DNA of 64,000 nt, taken from positions 92,382,001-92,446,000 of the forward strand of contig NC_086097.1 in the NCBI RefSeq assembly GCF_963921235.1, read 5' to 3'. Of the stretch, positions 22,205 through 35,152 are shown piece by piece. The position numbers and the translations under genes are program-made. Each line of letters starts with the position of its first letter. Position 1 is the stretch's first letter. The notes beneath the pieces are model-generated. The model ran no database searches and was not told where the DNA came from. It worked only from the letters and a program-made list of their open reading frames with translations. The stretch is from Mobula hypostoma (taxonomy: Eukaryota).

Positions 22205-25200
22205 TGTTAATGCTAGGAGTCTTATGGGTAAGGGTGATGAACTTAGAGCATGGTCAGTACATGGAACTATGATGTTGTGGTCATTACTGAAACTTGACCA
22301 AGAGAAGGGCAGGAATGGGTGATTAATGACCAGGTTTTCAAAGTTTTAGAAAAGATAGAGGAGGAGGAAAAAGAGTTGGGGGGAAGTTGCTCTACTACTC
22401 TCATGGGAGACAAAATGGAGGGATCAGACACCGAGTCCATTTGGGTGGAACTCAGGAATAGGAAGGGTGCAATCACACTGATGAGATGGTACTACAGGCC
22501 CTCTAACAGCCATTGGGATATTGAGAAGCAGATATGTAATCAGATTGAGGAAATATGTAAAAATAATAGGGTTGTTGTCAAGGGAGATTTCAACTTCCCC
22601 AATATAAACTGGGACCTTCTTAGTTCAAGGGGTTTGGATGGAGCAGAATTTGTAAAGTGTACCCAGGAAGGTTTACTAAATCACTATGTGGACAGTCCAA
22701 CAAGAGGAGAGGCTGTACTGGACCTGGTGTTGGGTAATGACCCTGGCCTGGTGACTGACCTTTCACTGGGTGAACAGTTAGGGAACAGTGACCACAACTC
22801 CTTAACTTCCAGGAAAGCTATAGATAAGGATAGGTATGGTCCTTATGAGAGAGTTGTAAATTGGTGCAAGGCAATAGGTAGGAACTGAGAAGTGTTAATT
22901 GGGAGCACCTTTTTTCTAGCAAGTCCTCATCAGACATGTGGAAGGTAGTTAAAGATCAATTGCACAGAGTACAGGAAAGGAATGCTCCTGTTAGAAGGAA
23001 GGAAGGAGATGGAAAGATAGGAGAACCTTGGATGTCCAGAGAGATGATGAATTTAGTGAAGAAAAAGGAAAAATATGTAAAGCTTCAGAAGTTGGGATCA
23101 AACAGAGCACATGAGTGTTATGAAAAAGCCAGAATACTAAAGAAGGGGATTAGGAAAGTCATGAGGGGCTATGAAAAGTTCATAGCAAGTAGGATTAAAG
23201 TGAGTCCCAAGGCAATTTATACATACATCAAAAACAGGAGGATAACTAGGAACCACTCAAGGATAAAGGGGGAAACATTTGCTTGAATGCGAGCAATGTG
23301 AGTGAGGTACTAAATTAGTACTTTGCTCCAGTATTTACCAAGGAAAAGGATATGGAGGACAAGGAGACCAGTGTTGAGTGCGTAAATACATTATGACATT
23401 TAGAGGTCAAAGAGGAGGGACAGTGCCTTTAGAGGGCCTCCTAATAAGTATTAAGGTGGATAAGTCCCCAGGGCCTGATGGGATTTACCCCAGGTTATTG
23501 AAGGAGGCAAAGGACAAGATGGCCGGGCCCTTAACCAATATCTTCATGTCCTCTCCATCTACAGTCGAGGTCCCGGAGGACGAGCAAGTGGCTAATGTTG
23601 AACCTCTATTTAAGAAGGAAGCAAGAGAAAATTCTGGGAACTATGGACTGGTGAGTCTCATGTCAGTTGTAAGGAAATTGCTGGGATAGGATAAATGAGC
23701 ATTTGGAAACCCATGGCTTCATTAGGAAGAGCCAGCATGGCTTTACGCATGGCAGGTTGTGCCTTACCAAGTTGATTGAGTTTTTTTGACAAGGTGACGA
23801 GAGAGATTGATGAGGGTAGGGTAGTGGATGCTGTCTACATAGGTTTTAGTAAATCTTTTGACAAAGTCCCCCATCGGCAGCTAATACACAAGATTATGAT
23901 GCATGGGGTCCGTGTGAATTGGCTGTTTGGATTCAGAACTGGCCTGCAATTAGAAGACTGAGGGTAGTGGTTAAAGGGACTTACTCAAGCTTATTCTGTA
24001 ACTAGTGATGTTCCATAGGGATCTGTGGTGGGACCTCTGCTGTCTGTAACGTATATAAATGATCTGGATGAAAATATAGATTCCTGAGTTAGTAAGTTTG
24101 TGGATGATATCAAGATTGGTTGAATTGTGGAGAGTGTAGAAGAGTGGCAAAGAATTAGATTAGATTATGAGAACACTCAGTCCTCTTTTATTGTCATTTA
24201 GAAATGCATACATGCATTAAAAAATGATACAATTTTCCTCCAGAGTGATATGACAGAAAACAGGACAAACCAAAGAGTAACACTGACAGAACCACATAAT
24301 TATAACATATAGTTACAGCAGTGCAAAACAATACCATAATTTGATAAAGAACAGACCATGGGCACGGTAAAAAAAAAAGTCTCAAGTCCCGATCGACTCC
24401 CGAGTCCCCGATAGGTGGCAAAAGGGAAAAACTCCCTGCCATAAACTTTCAGGCACCAACAACTGCCGATGCCTTGGAAGCAGCTGACCACAGCCGACAC
24501 CGAGTCCATCCATCCGAAAACTTCAAGCCTCCGACCAGCCCCTCCGATACAACCTCCCGAGTGCCATCCTCTGCCGAGCGCCTTCAACCTAGCCCCGGCC
24601 ACCAAAACAAGCAAAGCCGAGGATTCGGGGCCTTCTGCTCCGGAGATTCTGGTTACCACACAGTAGCAGCGGCAGCGAAGCGGGCATTTCAGAAGTTTCT
24701 CCAGATGTTCCTCCATACTCTCACATCTGTCTCCATCAAATCAGAATTGTACATGGTCCCCTACTTGACAGATTACAGATATAATTCACCGGAGAGGCCG
24801 CGCGTGCCGTGTCATGCTGCCATCTTCACCTCCTCCCCCAGCACAATATGGATCAGTTGCAGATATGGGCAGAGAAATTGCAGTTGAAGTTTAACCCAGA
24901 TAAATGTGAAGTGTTACACTTCGGTAAGCAAATACAAGGAGACAGTACACTGTTAAGGGCAAAATCCAGGACAGTGTTGCTGAGTAGAGAGATCATGGGT
25001 CCAAGTCCTTGAAAGTGGCTACACAGACCAATAAGGTGGTCAAGAAGGCTTGTGGAATCTCTCCCTTTATTAGTTGAGGGATTGAGTTCAAAAGTCAGGA
25101 GATTATGCTGCAACGTTGTAAAAATCTGAATAGTCCATATCTGGAATATTGCATGCAATTCTGGTGGCCCCACTATAGGAAGGATGTTGAGGCTTTGGAG

Positions 25201-25455
25201 AGGATTCAGAAGAGGTACTCAGAAAGTCGTGTATGCCTGGAATGCACTGTCTGGTATGGTGGTAGAGGCAAATAAGTTCGACGCTTTTAAGAGACATTTG
25301 TAAATGCACATGGATACAAGGAAGATGGAGGGATATGGACATTGTGTAGGTAGGTGTGATTAGTGTTTGGGTGTTCTTGATTTGCTTTATAGCTGTTTCT
25401 GCACAATATTGTAGGTTGAAAGGCCTGTTCCTGTGCTGTATTCTTCTATATTCTA
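22205..25455 (+). mobile_element. CR1 LINE ORF2 (APE + RT), degenerate, with nested insert
   Basis: ESIWVEL, YYRP, GDFNFP, LDLVL, SDHN (APE); KSPGPDGIYPR, FSKSFDKVPH (RT); ttctatattcta tail. Confidence 0.88.
24156..24838 (-). mobile_element. Unclassified non-coding retroposon (~680 bp) inserted in CR1
   Basis: Interrupts CR1 between caaagaat and cagcacaatatggatcag; minus strand begins ggaggtgaagatggc (GC-rich) and ends caataaa...(CTAAT)n. Confidence 0.6.
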
Positions 25456-26230
25456 CAGTGCAAGATATAGAAAATTACTGTTAATTATAATAAATAGTGC
25501 AAAAGAGAAATAGTGAAGTAATCTTTACAGGTTCAGGAATCTGATGGCAGAGGGGAGAAAGCTGTCCCTAAAATATTGAATGTGAGATCTTCTGGCCCCT
25601 GAACCTACTCCCTAAAGGTAGTAATAAAATGAGGTTACAGCCCAGATAGTGAGGGTCCTTAATGATAGGTGCTCCCTTCTTAAGGCACCGACTTTTGAAG
25701 GTACCCTCAGTGGTAAGGGGTTTGTGCCGATGATGGAACTGACTGAGACTGCAATCCTCTGCAGCCTCTTTCAGTCCTGTGTTTTGGAGCCTCCATATCA
25801 GGCAGTGATGCTCTCCACCACGCATCTGTAAAACTCTATTAGAGTATTTGGTAACATACCAAATCTCCTCACACTCCTAATGAAATAGAGCGGCTTGTGT
25901 GTCTTTATGATTACATCAACATGTTAGGCGCAGGATAGATTCCCTGAGATGTTGATGCCCAGGAACTTGAAGTTGCTCACCCTTTCCACTCCTGACCCCT
26001 CAATGAAGACTGGTGTTTTATTCCCCCAACTTTTCCTTCCCAAATTCCACAGTCCTGCTGAGGTTCTTGTTGTGACAGCACTCAACCAAGCGATCTGACT
26101 CACTCCAGCCTGCCTCCCTGTCGCCAACTGTGATTCTGCCAGCAGTGGTGGTGTCATTGGCAACTTTATAGACGGTGTTCTGGCTTTACCTGGTTGCCCA
26201 GCCACGAGTGTTCAGGGAGGAGAGGAGTGA
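25456..26230 (-). mobile_element. Rex1-like LINE fragment; its extreme 3' end lies at 22152-22203
   Basis: VERVSNFKFLGINIS and IIKDPH...LLPLGSRFR motifs; 3' UTR gcagcagta|cagtgcaa is split by the CR1. Confidence 0.75.
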
Positions 26231-26304
26231 GATATGGGCCAAACACAGTCAAATGGGACTAACAAAGAGAGACAATTAGTCAGCATGGATGAGTTGGGCC
26301 ATAG

Positions 26305-28905
26305 TGACATATAATTGCATTGTAAACTGCTTGTAACTGCACAAATGAGGCAAAGTTTCCATTAATATATAGGTCACCTACACTACAGATGCCTCTCTGT
26401 TTCCAGGTAGAAAAACCAGTATCATTCAGGCCAGGCAAAAAGGAATGATGGTCACAAATCGGAGTGTTAATATAAGTTTTTGGGGCCTTAATGTGTAGTT
26501 GAATCTGCTTCCAAATTCTTATAGTGCTGCCAACCACGAACTATTACAACCACTACTACTACTACTACGTCGACTCAGGCCTAGGGGGCCGGCGTTGGGC
26601 ACAATGACGGACTCTCCACTTCTCCCTCTCCCTCATCGGTGTGTTCAGTTCATCTACATTAGCCGCGCCGCTGTCTTCTAGGAGCGTGTTGACCATAGTC
26701 TTGGGAGGGCGCCCAGGGTTCATCCTCCCGTGCTTGGGCTCCCATATGATGACTGGGGTGGCGTAGACAGTGCCCCTCTAGTTGCAGTCTTCTCGCCTCG
26801 ATTTTAGTGGTGAGCATCGGTAGGTTGTTATAGAGCTCGACGGTCGTCATGTGCTGTTGCCAACTCGCGTCAAGAGCCATCCGGAGCATTCGTGTATAGC
26901 AACCATCTAGAGACTTTCTCATTGTCTTGGTGAGTGTCCACGTCTCGCATCCGTACGTGAGAATGGACTCTATGACTGCTATGAAAATCCTCTTTTTAAG
27001 CCCTCTGGTCAGGTTCGACTTCCAGATTTCCTTCATGTCGTTCATAGCCCTCCACGCCAGCGCCTTCCGTATCTTTATGTCCTTCTCCGAACTCATCATT
27101 CTTGACTCGAGGTGCCAACCACAAAGCTGTTACTAAAGTGGGACTTATTAACTGCGGTGTGCCTATTAAGGAGAGCTGGTAAGGAAGTCTTCTTACAAAG
27201 CACTCGCTCTATGAGTAACAATGCTGGGCACGAGTCTGAGGTAGAGGGTGGGCCTTTTTTCCACCATGCAAGAATGGATAGGTGGGCAGCCCAGTAATAC
27301 ATTTTAACGTCCAGTAGGGCAAAACCACCTGCTTCTTTGGGCATTGACAAGTGCTTTTTAGTAATTCCAATGGCTTTATAATTCCAAATGAAGGGTATAA
27401 TAATTGAACCCAATTGCTTAAAATATGACAGAGGAATAAAACATGGAACTGACTGGAAAAGATGAAGAAATCGTGGCAGTACAATCATCCCTCCCCACCA
27501 AAGAAATTGGAAGGGTTTTCCGAAAGTCAATATTGCGTTTAACCTGCGCAACTTTGTTTCGCCAATTCACTTGCAAAAGGTCATCTGGGTTTTTTGTTAT
27601 AGTCACACAAGGATAGGAAAAATTATCATGTTATTTTAAAGGGAATGGACTGTAAATACGCTGTATTAATCACTGCAGTGACTGGCATTAGTTCACTCTT
27701 ATCCCAATTAATAGAGAAACTACCAAAATTATTAATTAGAGTCAGAAGGACAGGTATTGATGTCTGTGGGCTGGAGATATATAAAAGGACATCGTCAGCG
27801 TATAACGAAAGGTGATGTTTATGCCCATGCAGATCAATGGGAGATATCAAAGGGTCCTGTCTGATGCTAACAGCCAGTGGGTCAATGATAACTGCAAACA
27901 AAAACGGAGGAAGGGGGCAGCCTTGACGAGTCCCATGATGAATTGCAAAAGGGGAGGAAATATTCTGATTAGTGATAATAGAAGCAGATGGGTGTGAATA
28001 AATTATCTCAATCCATTTAATGAAAGATGGTCCAAATCCAAATTTCTTAAGTGCAAACATCATATTTGGCCATTCCACTTGGTCGAATGCATGTTGCGCA
28101 TCTAATGAAGTGACTGCAACCTCTTCTGCATGTTTTGTATATAAAATATTGAAAAGGTGATGCAAATTAAAATGCATATGTCTACCTGGCACAAAGCCAG
28201 TTTGATCTGGATGAATAATAGAACAAATACATTCTTTTAACCTATTGGCCAGGACTTCCCCAAGAATTTTGGTTTCAATGGGCAGCAGCGAAATGGGGCG
28301 ATATGATGAAACCATCTCGGGATCACGGCCTGGTTTTGGAATCAGAGAAACATTGGCTTTACATAAAGTGGGTGGCAATCTGGAAGCTGTCCTAGAGTGA
28401 TTAAACATTTGTAAGAGCAGAGGTGACAATTTTGAACCAAATGCTTTGAAGAATTCCATGCTAAAACCATCAGGACCCACTGCCTTATTATTGGGGAGGG
28501 AAAAGGTGACCTTCTTGATCTCATCTAGGCTTATATTAGCAACAAGTGTATTTACTGAATCTGTTGTCAGTGTGGGCAGATTCAGATTATCAAAAAAATG
28601 CATCCATAGCTTCAACTTCAGAACCACCTTGTGATTGGTGAATACTAACATAGAACTCCGCAAAACACATTAATTTTTTCCGGGTCCGTCCATAAAAAGC
28701 CAACTTTCACCTTTATACGATGTATGGCCCTGGAGGCCTGCATCTGTCTTAACTGAGGGGCTAATAACCTATGGGGCTTTTCACCAATCTCAAAATACAT
28801 CTGTCTGACTTGTGTCAGTAGTTTTGAGACACTCTTGGACATTATAGAATTATACTCACACTGTAAGGCAGTAATCTTATTAAATAATTCTGCTTCCTGG
28901 TTTAT
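26305..28905 (-). mobile_element. L1-clade LINE ORF2 fragment (RT), interrupted by an RTE
   Basis: ORF 27626..28663 has KAVGPDGF, YRPISLL, DQTGFVPGR, GTRQGCPL, LYADD. Confidence 0.9.
26551..27112 (-). mobile_element. RTE/RTEX-clade LINE, 5'-truncated
   Basis: DIKIRKALAW...ESILTYGCETWTLTK...RMLR; (CTA)n tail at 26551-26567. Confidence 0.85.
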
Positions 28906-29724
28906 TTTGTAAGAAGTTGGCTAATCTGGACATATAATTTCATGACAAAATTATTCCCTCGGACTCTATGGTAATGAAAAGGATGCTGACTGGCAGCTTT
29001 GCTCAGCCATTCAATTGGAGATAAAACATCTTTGGCAAAAATCAGAGGAGTTTTACCAATATCCTGAGCAATACTCATCACCAAGCATTAGATGGCCTTG
29101 TTATTCATCCTTGAACAACAAGACTCTGCTTCAAAACTACTTTAATCTGTGGTATACTGGGGCACCCTGAGATGAAACATTAATGCAAACATGCAAGTTG
29201 AAAAATGAACTTCCTTGTGTGTCTCCCAAAGAAGATCCTTCCTATCGAATGCGATCTCCTAAAGTGTCTTGAATCAGCTGAATTGTAAGACTCTGACAGG
29301 ACTTGATGAGTGCTTAACAGGCATTAGAAGGCAAAGCCTTGACTCAGACCTGTTGAGATTTCTGGAAGCTACATGGGTCCCAGGGAGCAGAAAACAGCCT
29401 CAGGCATATCACACCTGCCAAGCCAACTTCCCAAAGTCACTATGACTTACTCAAAGTCCCATTAAAAATCTAACACTTTTCAAATACAACTACCAACACA
29501 CAAGATGCTGATTGTTGGGCTCTTACCATTGAAGAATTATCATTGATCATTGATGCTTCATCATTGAAGAAGCATCAAGGGCTTGATCCCACAGAGACAT
29601 TCAAGTCTAGATTTAATATTGTAACCGCTTTATCTCTCTTCAGCCTTTCACATCATGAACTGCAGTTGTTATAAGTAGGAATTTACTGCCTACTTACAAA
29701 AAAAAATATAAAGAGAGAAGATTA

Positions 29725-30350
29725 CCACCACGTTCTTCAGAGGTTGTATTGAGAGTATCCTGAGCAGCTGCATCACTGCCTGGTTCGGAAATTGCACCAT
29801 CTCAGATTGCAAGACCCTGCAGCAGATAGTGAGGTCAGCTGAGAAGATCATCGGGGTCTCTCTTCCTGCCATCACAGACATTTACACCACATGCTGCATC
29901 TGCAAATCAAACAGCATTATGAAGGACCCCATGCACCCCTCATACAAACTCTTTTCCCTTCTGCCATCTGGAAAAAGACACCGAAGCATTTGGGCTCTCA
30001 TGACCAGACTATGTAACAGTTTCTTCCCCTAAGCCATCAGACTCCTCAATACCCAGAGCCTGGCTTGACACCAACCTACTGCCCTCTACTGTGCCTATTG
30101 TCTTGTTTATTATTTATTATTATTTATTGTAGTGCCTGCACTGTTTTCTGCACTTTCTACAGTCCTGGATAGGTCTGTAGTCTAGTGTAGTTTTTGTGTT
30201 TTTTCTTACGTAGTTCAGTGTAGTTTTTGTATTGTTTCATGTAGCACCATGGTCCTGGAAAACGTTGTCTCATTTTTACTATGTTCTGTACCAGCAGTTA
30301 TGGTTGAAATGACAATAAAAAGTGACTTGACTTGAGTTGACTTGACTTGA
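29725..30350 (+). mobile_element. Rex1/Babar-like LINE 3' fragment
   Basis: IESILSSCITAWFG, KDPMHPSYKLFSLLPSGKR; aataaa followed by a (GACTT)n tail. Confidence 0.85.
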
Positions 30351-30509
30351 AGATTTTCAGGACCAATGGGGAAGAGTAAGAAGAACCTGCAGAAGCCTGA
30401 CGTACCACAGCTATAGTGGATGGGAAAGAGAGGCCTACCAGGATTGCATTATCATAGTTACCACACCGGTAAAAATAAGACACAGTTTCAGGAGCTAATG
30501 AGTTGAAAT

Positions 30510-32800
30510 TCATCATTCTTGTAAACCTCCTCTGTACCCTCTCCAATGCCTGCACATCCTTTCTTAGATATGGGGCCCAAAGATGCTCAATGTACTCCAA
30601 ACATCCTCTGCCCAATGCCTCATCCATATAATTAACATACAACATGAAAAGTAGTACCACCTATGCAGAACACCACTAGACACTGGCAGCCAACCATATC
30701 TGGTCCCCTTGATTGCCACTCTTTGCCTTCTGCTACTTAGCTGATCTACTGCCCGTGCTAGTAGCTTTCCAGTAATGTGATGGGCTCTTATCTTGTTTAG
30801 CGGTCTCACGGCCTCTTTTCAAAGGCCTTCTGAAAATCCACGTAAACAACTTCTTTGTCTATCCTGTAGGTTGTTTCCTCAAAGAATTCCAATAGATTTT
30901 CAGTCCAGATTCCCCCAGAACGAAACCATGCTGAATTTGGCCTATTTTATCATGTGTGGAAGCTTCAGAGAGGATGGAAAGATGATTCACCAGGATGCTG
31001 CCTGGATTCGAGAGCGTGTCCTATGAGGAAAGGTTGAGCAAGCTGGGGCTTTCCTCTTTGGAGCAAAGGAAGGTGAGGGGAAGCTTAATGCAGGTGTGTA
31101 AGGTGTTAAAAAACGTAGCTAGATTGGATGGCACAGCAGTCAGTAATATGAGATAGGTGATTGGACCAATGTACAAGGAGGATGTCAGAGATAGGGTTTT
31201 CTACACAGAGGGTGGTAAGTGCATGGAACGCTTTGCCCTGCGAGGGGTAGAGGCAGATATATTAGGAACATTTAAGAGACTTACATGGGCAAATAGATGA
31301 AAGAAAAATGGAGGGCTACACGGGAGAGAATGGGTTGATTGACCTTAGAGTTGGTTGACAGGCTGGACTGTTCTATGTTCTATAAGGAGTTGTACTTGAC
31401 CTTATTCTAGGGAATAAGGATGGTGAACTGGTGGAAGCGTCTGTAGAGGATCCCTTTGTGAACAGTGATCACAATTCGGTTGCAGTGGCAAAGGAAAAGG
31501 TTGGACACAGAGTTTTGAAATTGGGGGAAGGGTGACTTAGATAGGACTTGGTAAAAGTAAAATGGATTCAGTTATTAGAGGCAAAATCAGTATTAGGTAA
31601 GTGTGAGTTGTTTAAAAGCAAAATAGTAAGAGTTCATTCAGCTTGTCCTTGTGAGGGTAAGAAGCAAATATGGTAAGATTAGGGAATTTTGGTTGGCAAC
31701 AGAAATTGAGGGTTTGATTGTGGAAAGGAAGGAGGTGTATGTCAGATATAGGAAATTGTTATCAAAAGAGTTCTTCAAGAGATATGGGAGAGATCTTGTG
31801 AAAACAGTTTGGAGGGCGAAAAGGGGATGTGAATTAGATCTGGAAATAGAATTAAAGAGAACTCCCTCAAACCATTATAAATAAAGTATATTAGAAGCAA
31901 GAAGGTAGATAGAGAAAGGGTGGATCCTCTCAGGAACCAAAAGAGAAGCACTTGAGTGGGTCCAGGATTCAGGTGGGTCCTGAATGAGTGCTTCAGATCA
32001 GTATTCACTAGCAAGAAGAATGAGGAGATTGGACAGTTAACGGTGGTGTATGCTGAAAGGAAGGGGTAAGTGTTAGAGATACTGACGTACATTAAGGTGG
32101 GCATATCCCCAGGATCTCATACCCCAGGATGTTATGGAAAGCAAAGGAGGATACTGCTGGAGCATTGACCAGAAGACTGGAATGTAGCTGATGCTGTTTC
32201 TCTATTCAAGAGTGCAGTAGGGATAAGTCAGGAAACCAGAGGTCAGTGTGATTTATTTCAATCGTAGGAAATTTTAGTTAAGGCAGGGACAGATCAGGGA
32301 GGGTCAGCATTGTTTTATGCATGGGAAATCACACCTCACGCATCTGACTGAGCCTTTTAACAGAGCTTACTGTGATGAAGGTGAGGCAATAGACATGGTA
32401 TAAACGGACCTTAGCAAGGCATTTGACAAGGTCAAGTGTGGTAAGCTGGACCAGAATATTAGGGCACATGAGATGCAAGGTGTTTTGGCAAAGTAGGTCT
32501 AAAATAGGTGTGGTTATAGAAGGCCAATTATAGTAGTGGAGAGTTGATCCTCCTGACTGGAGGCCTGTTACCTGTAACGTACCACAGCGATCAGTACTGG
32601 GACCTTAGTTGTTTGGAATCTATAGTATATAAATGACTTGGAGAAGAATGTCTGTGTAAGTTACTGGAGTTGTAGATAGTGAGGAGGATTGTCTAAGGAG
32701 AGGGGGGATTTAAACCATCTGGAAAGCTGAATTGACTGGTGGCAGATGGAACAGACAAGTGTGGGTTAATGTGCTTTGGGTTATCTAACACTGGCAAACA
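30510..32800. mobile_element. Cluster of decayed CR1 fragments (minus 30510-30955; plus 30960-32800)
   Basis: LERVQRRFTRM, agcaaggcatttgacaagg and other CR1 motifs, heavily mutated. Confidence 0.7.
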
Positions 32801-33176
32801 TGTTCGGCAAGAAGTACCAAAGAACTGAACCATATCAGCTTCTTCTTGCAGTCGTCAGAAACCAGTCAATTCAGTCTGAGTAAGATCAAGGAAAGACGAG
32901 GGCCACTGGATACAGCAGATCCTCAACAAATGATGCATACTGTACTTGCATGCAGCAACACAGAAAGTCCAGGTGAGTGACATTTGGATAACATAAGTAT
33001 CAGGCAATGGATGTTTCTGCAAGGGAAGAATTTAATCACTTACCCTTCACATTCAATGGCATTACTTTGCCTTGTCTCCCTCTACCATCATTCTGATTGG
33101 AAAATCATCCAAAGTAATCAGCCTTCTGGGGGTGACATTGACCAGAAATTCAGCTGGATCAGCCATGCAAGTTCTA

Positions 33177-35152
33177 CATAGAAACATAGAAACATAGAAA
33201 CATAGAAAATAGGTGCAGGAGTAGGCCATTCGGCCCTTCGAGCCTGCACCGCCATTTATTATGATCATGGCTGATCATCCAACTCAGAACCCAGCCTTCC
33301 CTCCATACCCCCTGACCCCTGTAGCCACAAGGGCCATATCTAACTTCCTTTTAAACATAGCTAATGAACTGGCCTCAACAGTTTGCTGTGGCAGAGAATT
33401 CCACAGATTCACCACTCTCTGTGTGAAGAAGTTTTTCCTAATCTCGGTCCTAAAAGGCTTCCCCTCTATCCTCAAACTGTGACCCCTCGTTCTGGACCTC
33501 CCCAACATCGGGAACAATCTTCCCGCATCTAGCCTGTCCAATCCCTTTAGAATCTTATACGTTTCAATCAGATCCCCCCTCAATCTTCTAAATTCCAACG
33601 AGTACAAGCCCAGTTCATCCAGTCTTTCTTCATATGAAAGACCTGCCATCCCAGGAATCAATCTGGTGAACCTTCTTTGTACTCCCTCTATGGCAAAGAT
33701 GTCTTTCCTCAGATTAGGGGACCAAAACTGCACACAATACTCCAGGTGTGGTCTCACCAAGGCCTTGTACAACTGCAGTAGTACCTCCCTGCTCCTGTAC
33801 TCGAATCCTCTCGCTATAAATGCCAGCATACCGTTCGCCTTTTTCACCGCCTGCTGTACCTGCATGCCCACTTTCAATGACTGGTGTATAATGACACCCA
33901 GGTCTCGTTGCACCTCCCCTTTTCCTAATCGGCCACCATTCAGATAATAATCTGTTTTCCTATTGTTGCCACCAAAGTGGATAACTTCACATTTATCCAC
34001 ATTAAATTGCATCTGCCATGAGTTTGCCCACTCACCCAACCTATCCAAGTCACCCTGCATCCTCTTAGCATCCTCCTCACTGCTAACACTGCCACCCAGC
34101 TTCGTGTCATCCGCAAACTTGGAGATGCTGCATTTAATTCCCTCATCCAAGTCATTAATATATATTGTAAACAACTGGGGTCCCAGCACTGAGCCTTGCG
34201 GTACCCCACTAGTCACCGCCTGCCATTCTGAAAAGGTCCCATTTATTCCCACTCTTTGCTTCCTGTCTGCTAACCAATTCTCCACCCACACCAATACCTT
34301 ACCCCCAATACCGTGTGATTTAAGTTTGCACACTAATCTCCTGTGTGGGACCTTGTCAAAAGCCTTTTGAAAATCCAAATATACCACATCCACTGGTTCT
34401 CCCCTATCCACTCTACTAGTTACATCCTCAAAAAATTCTATGAGATTCGTCAGACATGATTTTCCTTTCACAAATCCATGCTGACTTTGTCCAATCATTT
34501 CACCGCTTTCCAAATGTGCTGTTATCACATCCTTGATAACTGACTCCAGCAGTTTCCCCACCACCGACGTTAGGCTAACCGGCCTATAATTCCCCGGTTT
34601 CTCTCTCCCTCCTTTTTTAAAAAGTGGGGTTACATTAGCCACCCTCCAATCCTCAGGAACTAGTCCAGAATCTAACGAGTTTTGAAAAATTATCACTAAT
34701 GCATCCACTATTTCTTGGGCTACTTCCTTAAGCACTCTGGGATGCAGACCATCTGGCCCTGGGGATTTATCTGCCTTCAATCCCTTCAATTTACCTAACA
34801 CCACTTCCCTACTAACATGTATTTCGCTCAGTTCCTCCATCTCTCTGGACCCTCTGTCCCTTACTATTTCTGGAAGATTATTTATGTCCTCCTTAGTGAA
34901 GACAGAACCAAACTAATTATTCAATTGGTCTGCCATGTCCTTGCTCCCCATAATCAATTCACCTGTTTCTGTTTGCAGGGGACCTACATTTGTCTTTATC
35001 AGTCTTTTCCTTTTTACATATCTATAAAAGCTTTTACAGTCCGTTTTTATGTTCTCTGCCAGTTTTCTCTCATAATCTTTTTTCCCCTTCCTAATTAAGC
35101 CCTTTGTCCTCCTCTGCTGAACTCTGAATTTCTCCCAGTCCTCAGGTGAGCC
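33177..35152 (-). mobile_element. Young CR1 LINE, 5'-truncated
   Basis: (CATAGAAA)4 tail; 518-aa intact RT frame; possible ACAT duplication at 33176-33179 and 35153-35156. Confidence 0.95.
33284..34840 (-). CDS. CR1 ORF2 reverse transcriptase domain and C-terminus (truncated copy)
   Basis: KSPGPDGLHPR, NYRPVSLTS, LDFQKAFDKVPH, GVPQGSVLGP, KFADDTKL. Confidence 0.9.
   Translation of the reverse strand: MEELSEIHVSREVVLGKLKGLKADKSPGPDGLHPRVLKEVAQEIVDALVIIFQNSLDSGLVPEDWRVANVTPLFKKGGREKPGNYRPVSLTSVVGKLLESVIKDVITAHLESGEMIGQSQHGFVKGKSCLTNLIEFFEDVTSRVDRGEPVDVVYLDFQKAFDKVPHRRLVCKLKSHGIGGKVLVWVENWLADRKQRVGINGTFSEWQAVTSGVPQGSVLGPQLFTIYINDLDEGIKCSISKFADDTKLGGSVSSEEDAKRMQGDLDRLGEWANSWQMQFNVDKCEVIHFGGNNRKTDYYLNGGRLGKGEVQRDLGVIIHQSLKVGMQVQQAVKKANGMLAFIARGFEYRSREVLLQLYKALVRPHLEYCVQFWSPNLRKDIFAIEGVQRRFTRLIPGMAGLSYEERLDELGLYSLEFRRLRGDLIETYKILKGLDRLDAGRLFPMLGRSRTRGHSLRIEGKPFRTEIRKNFFTQRVVNLWNSLPQQTVEASSLAMFKRKLDMALVATGVRGYGGKAGF

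Noticed and set aside
33666..35098. Plus-strand ORFs of 93-135 aa overlapping the young CR1
   Set aside because: Antisense shadows of the CR1 RT frame.
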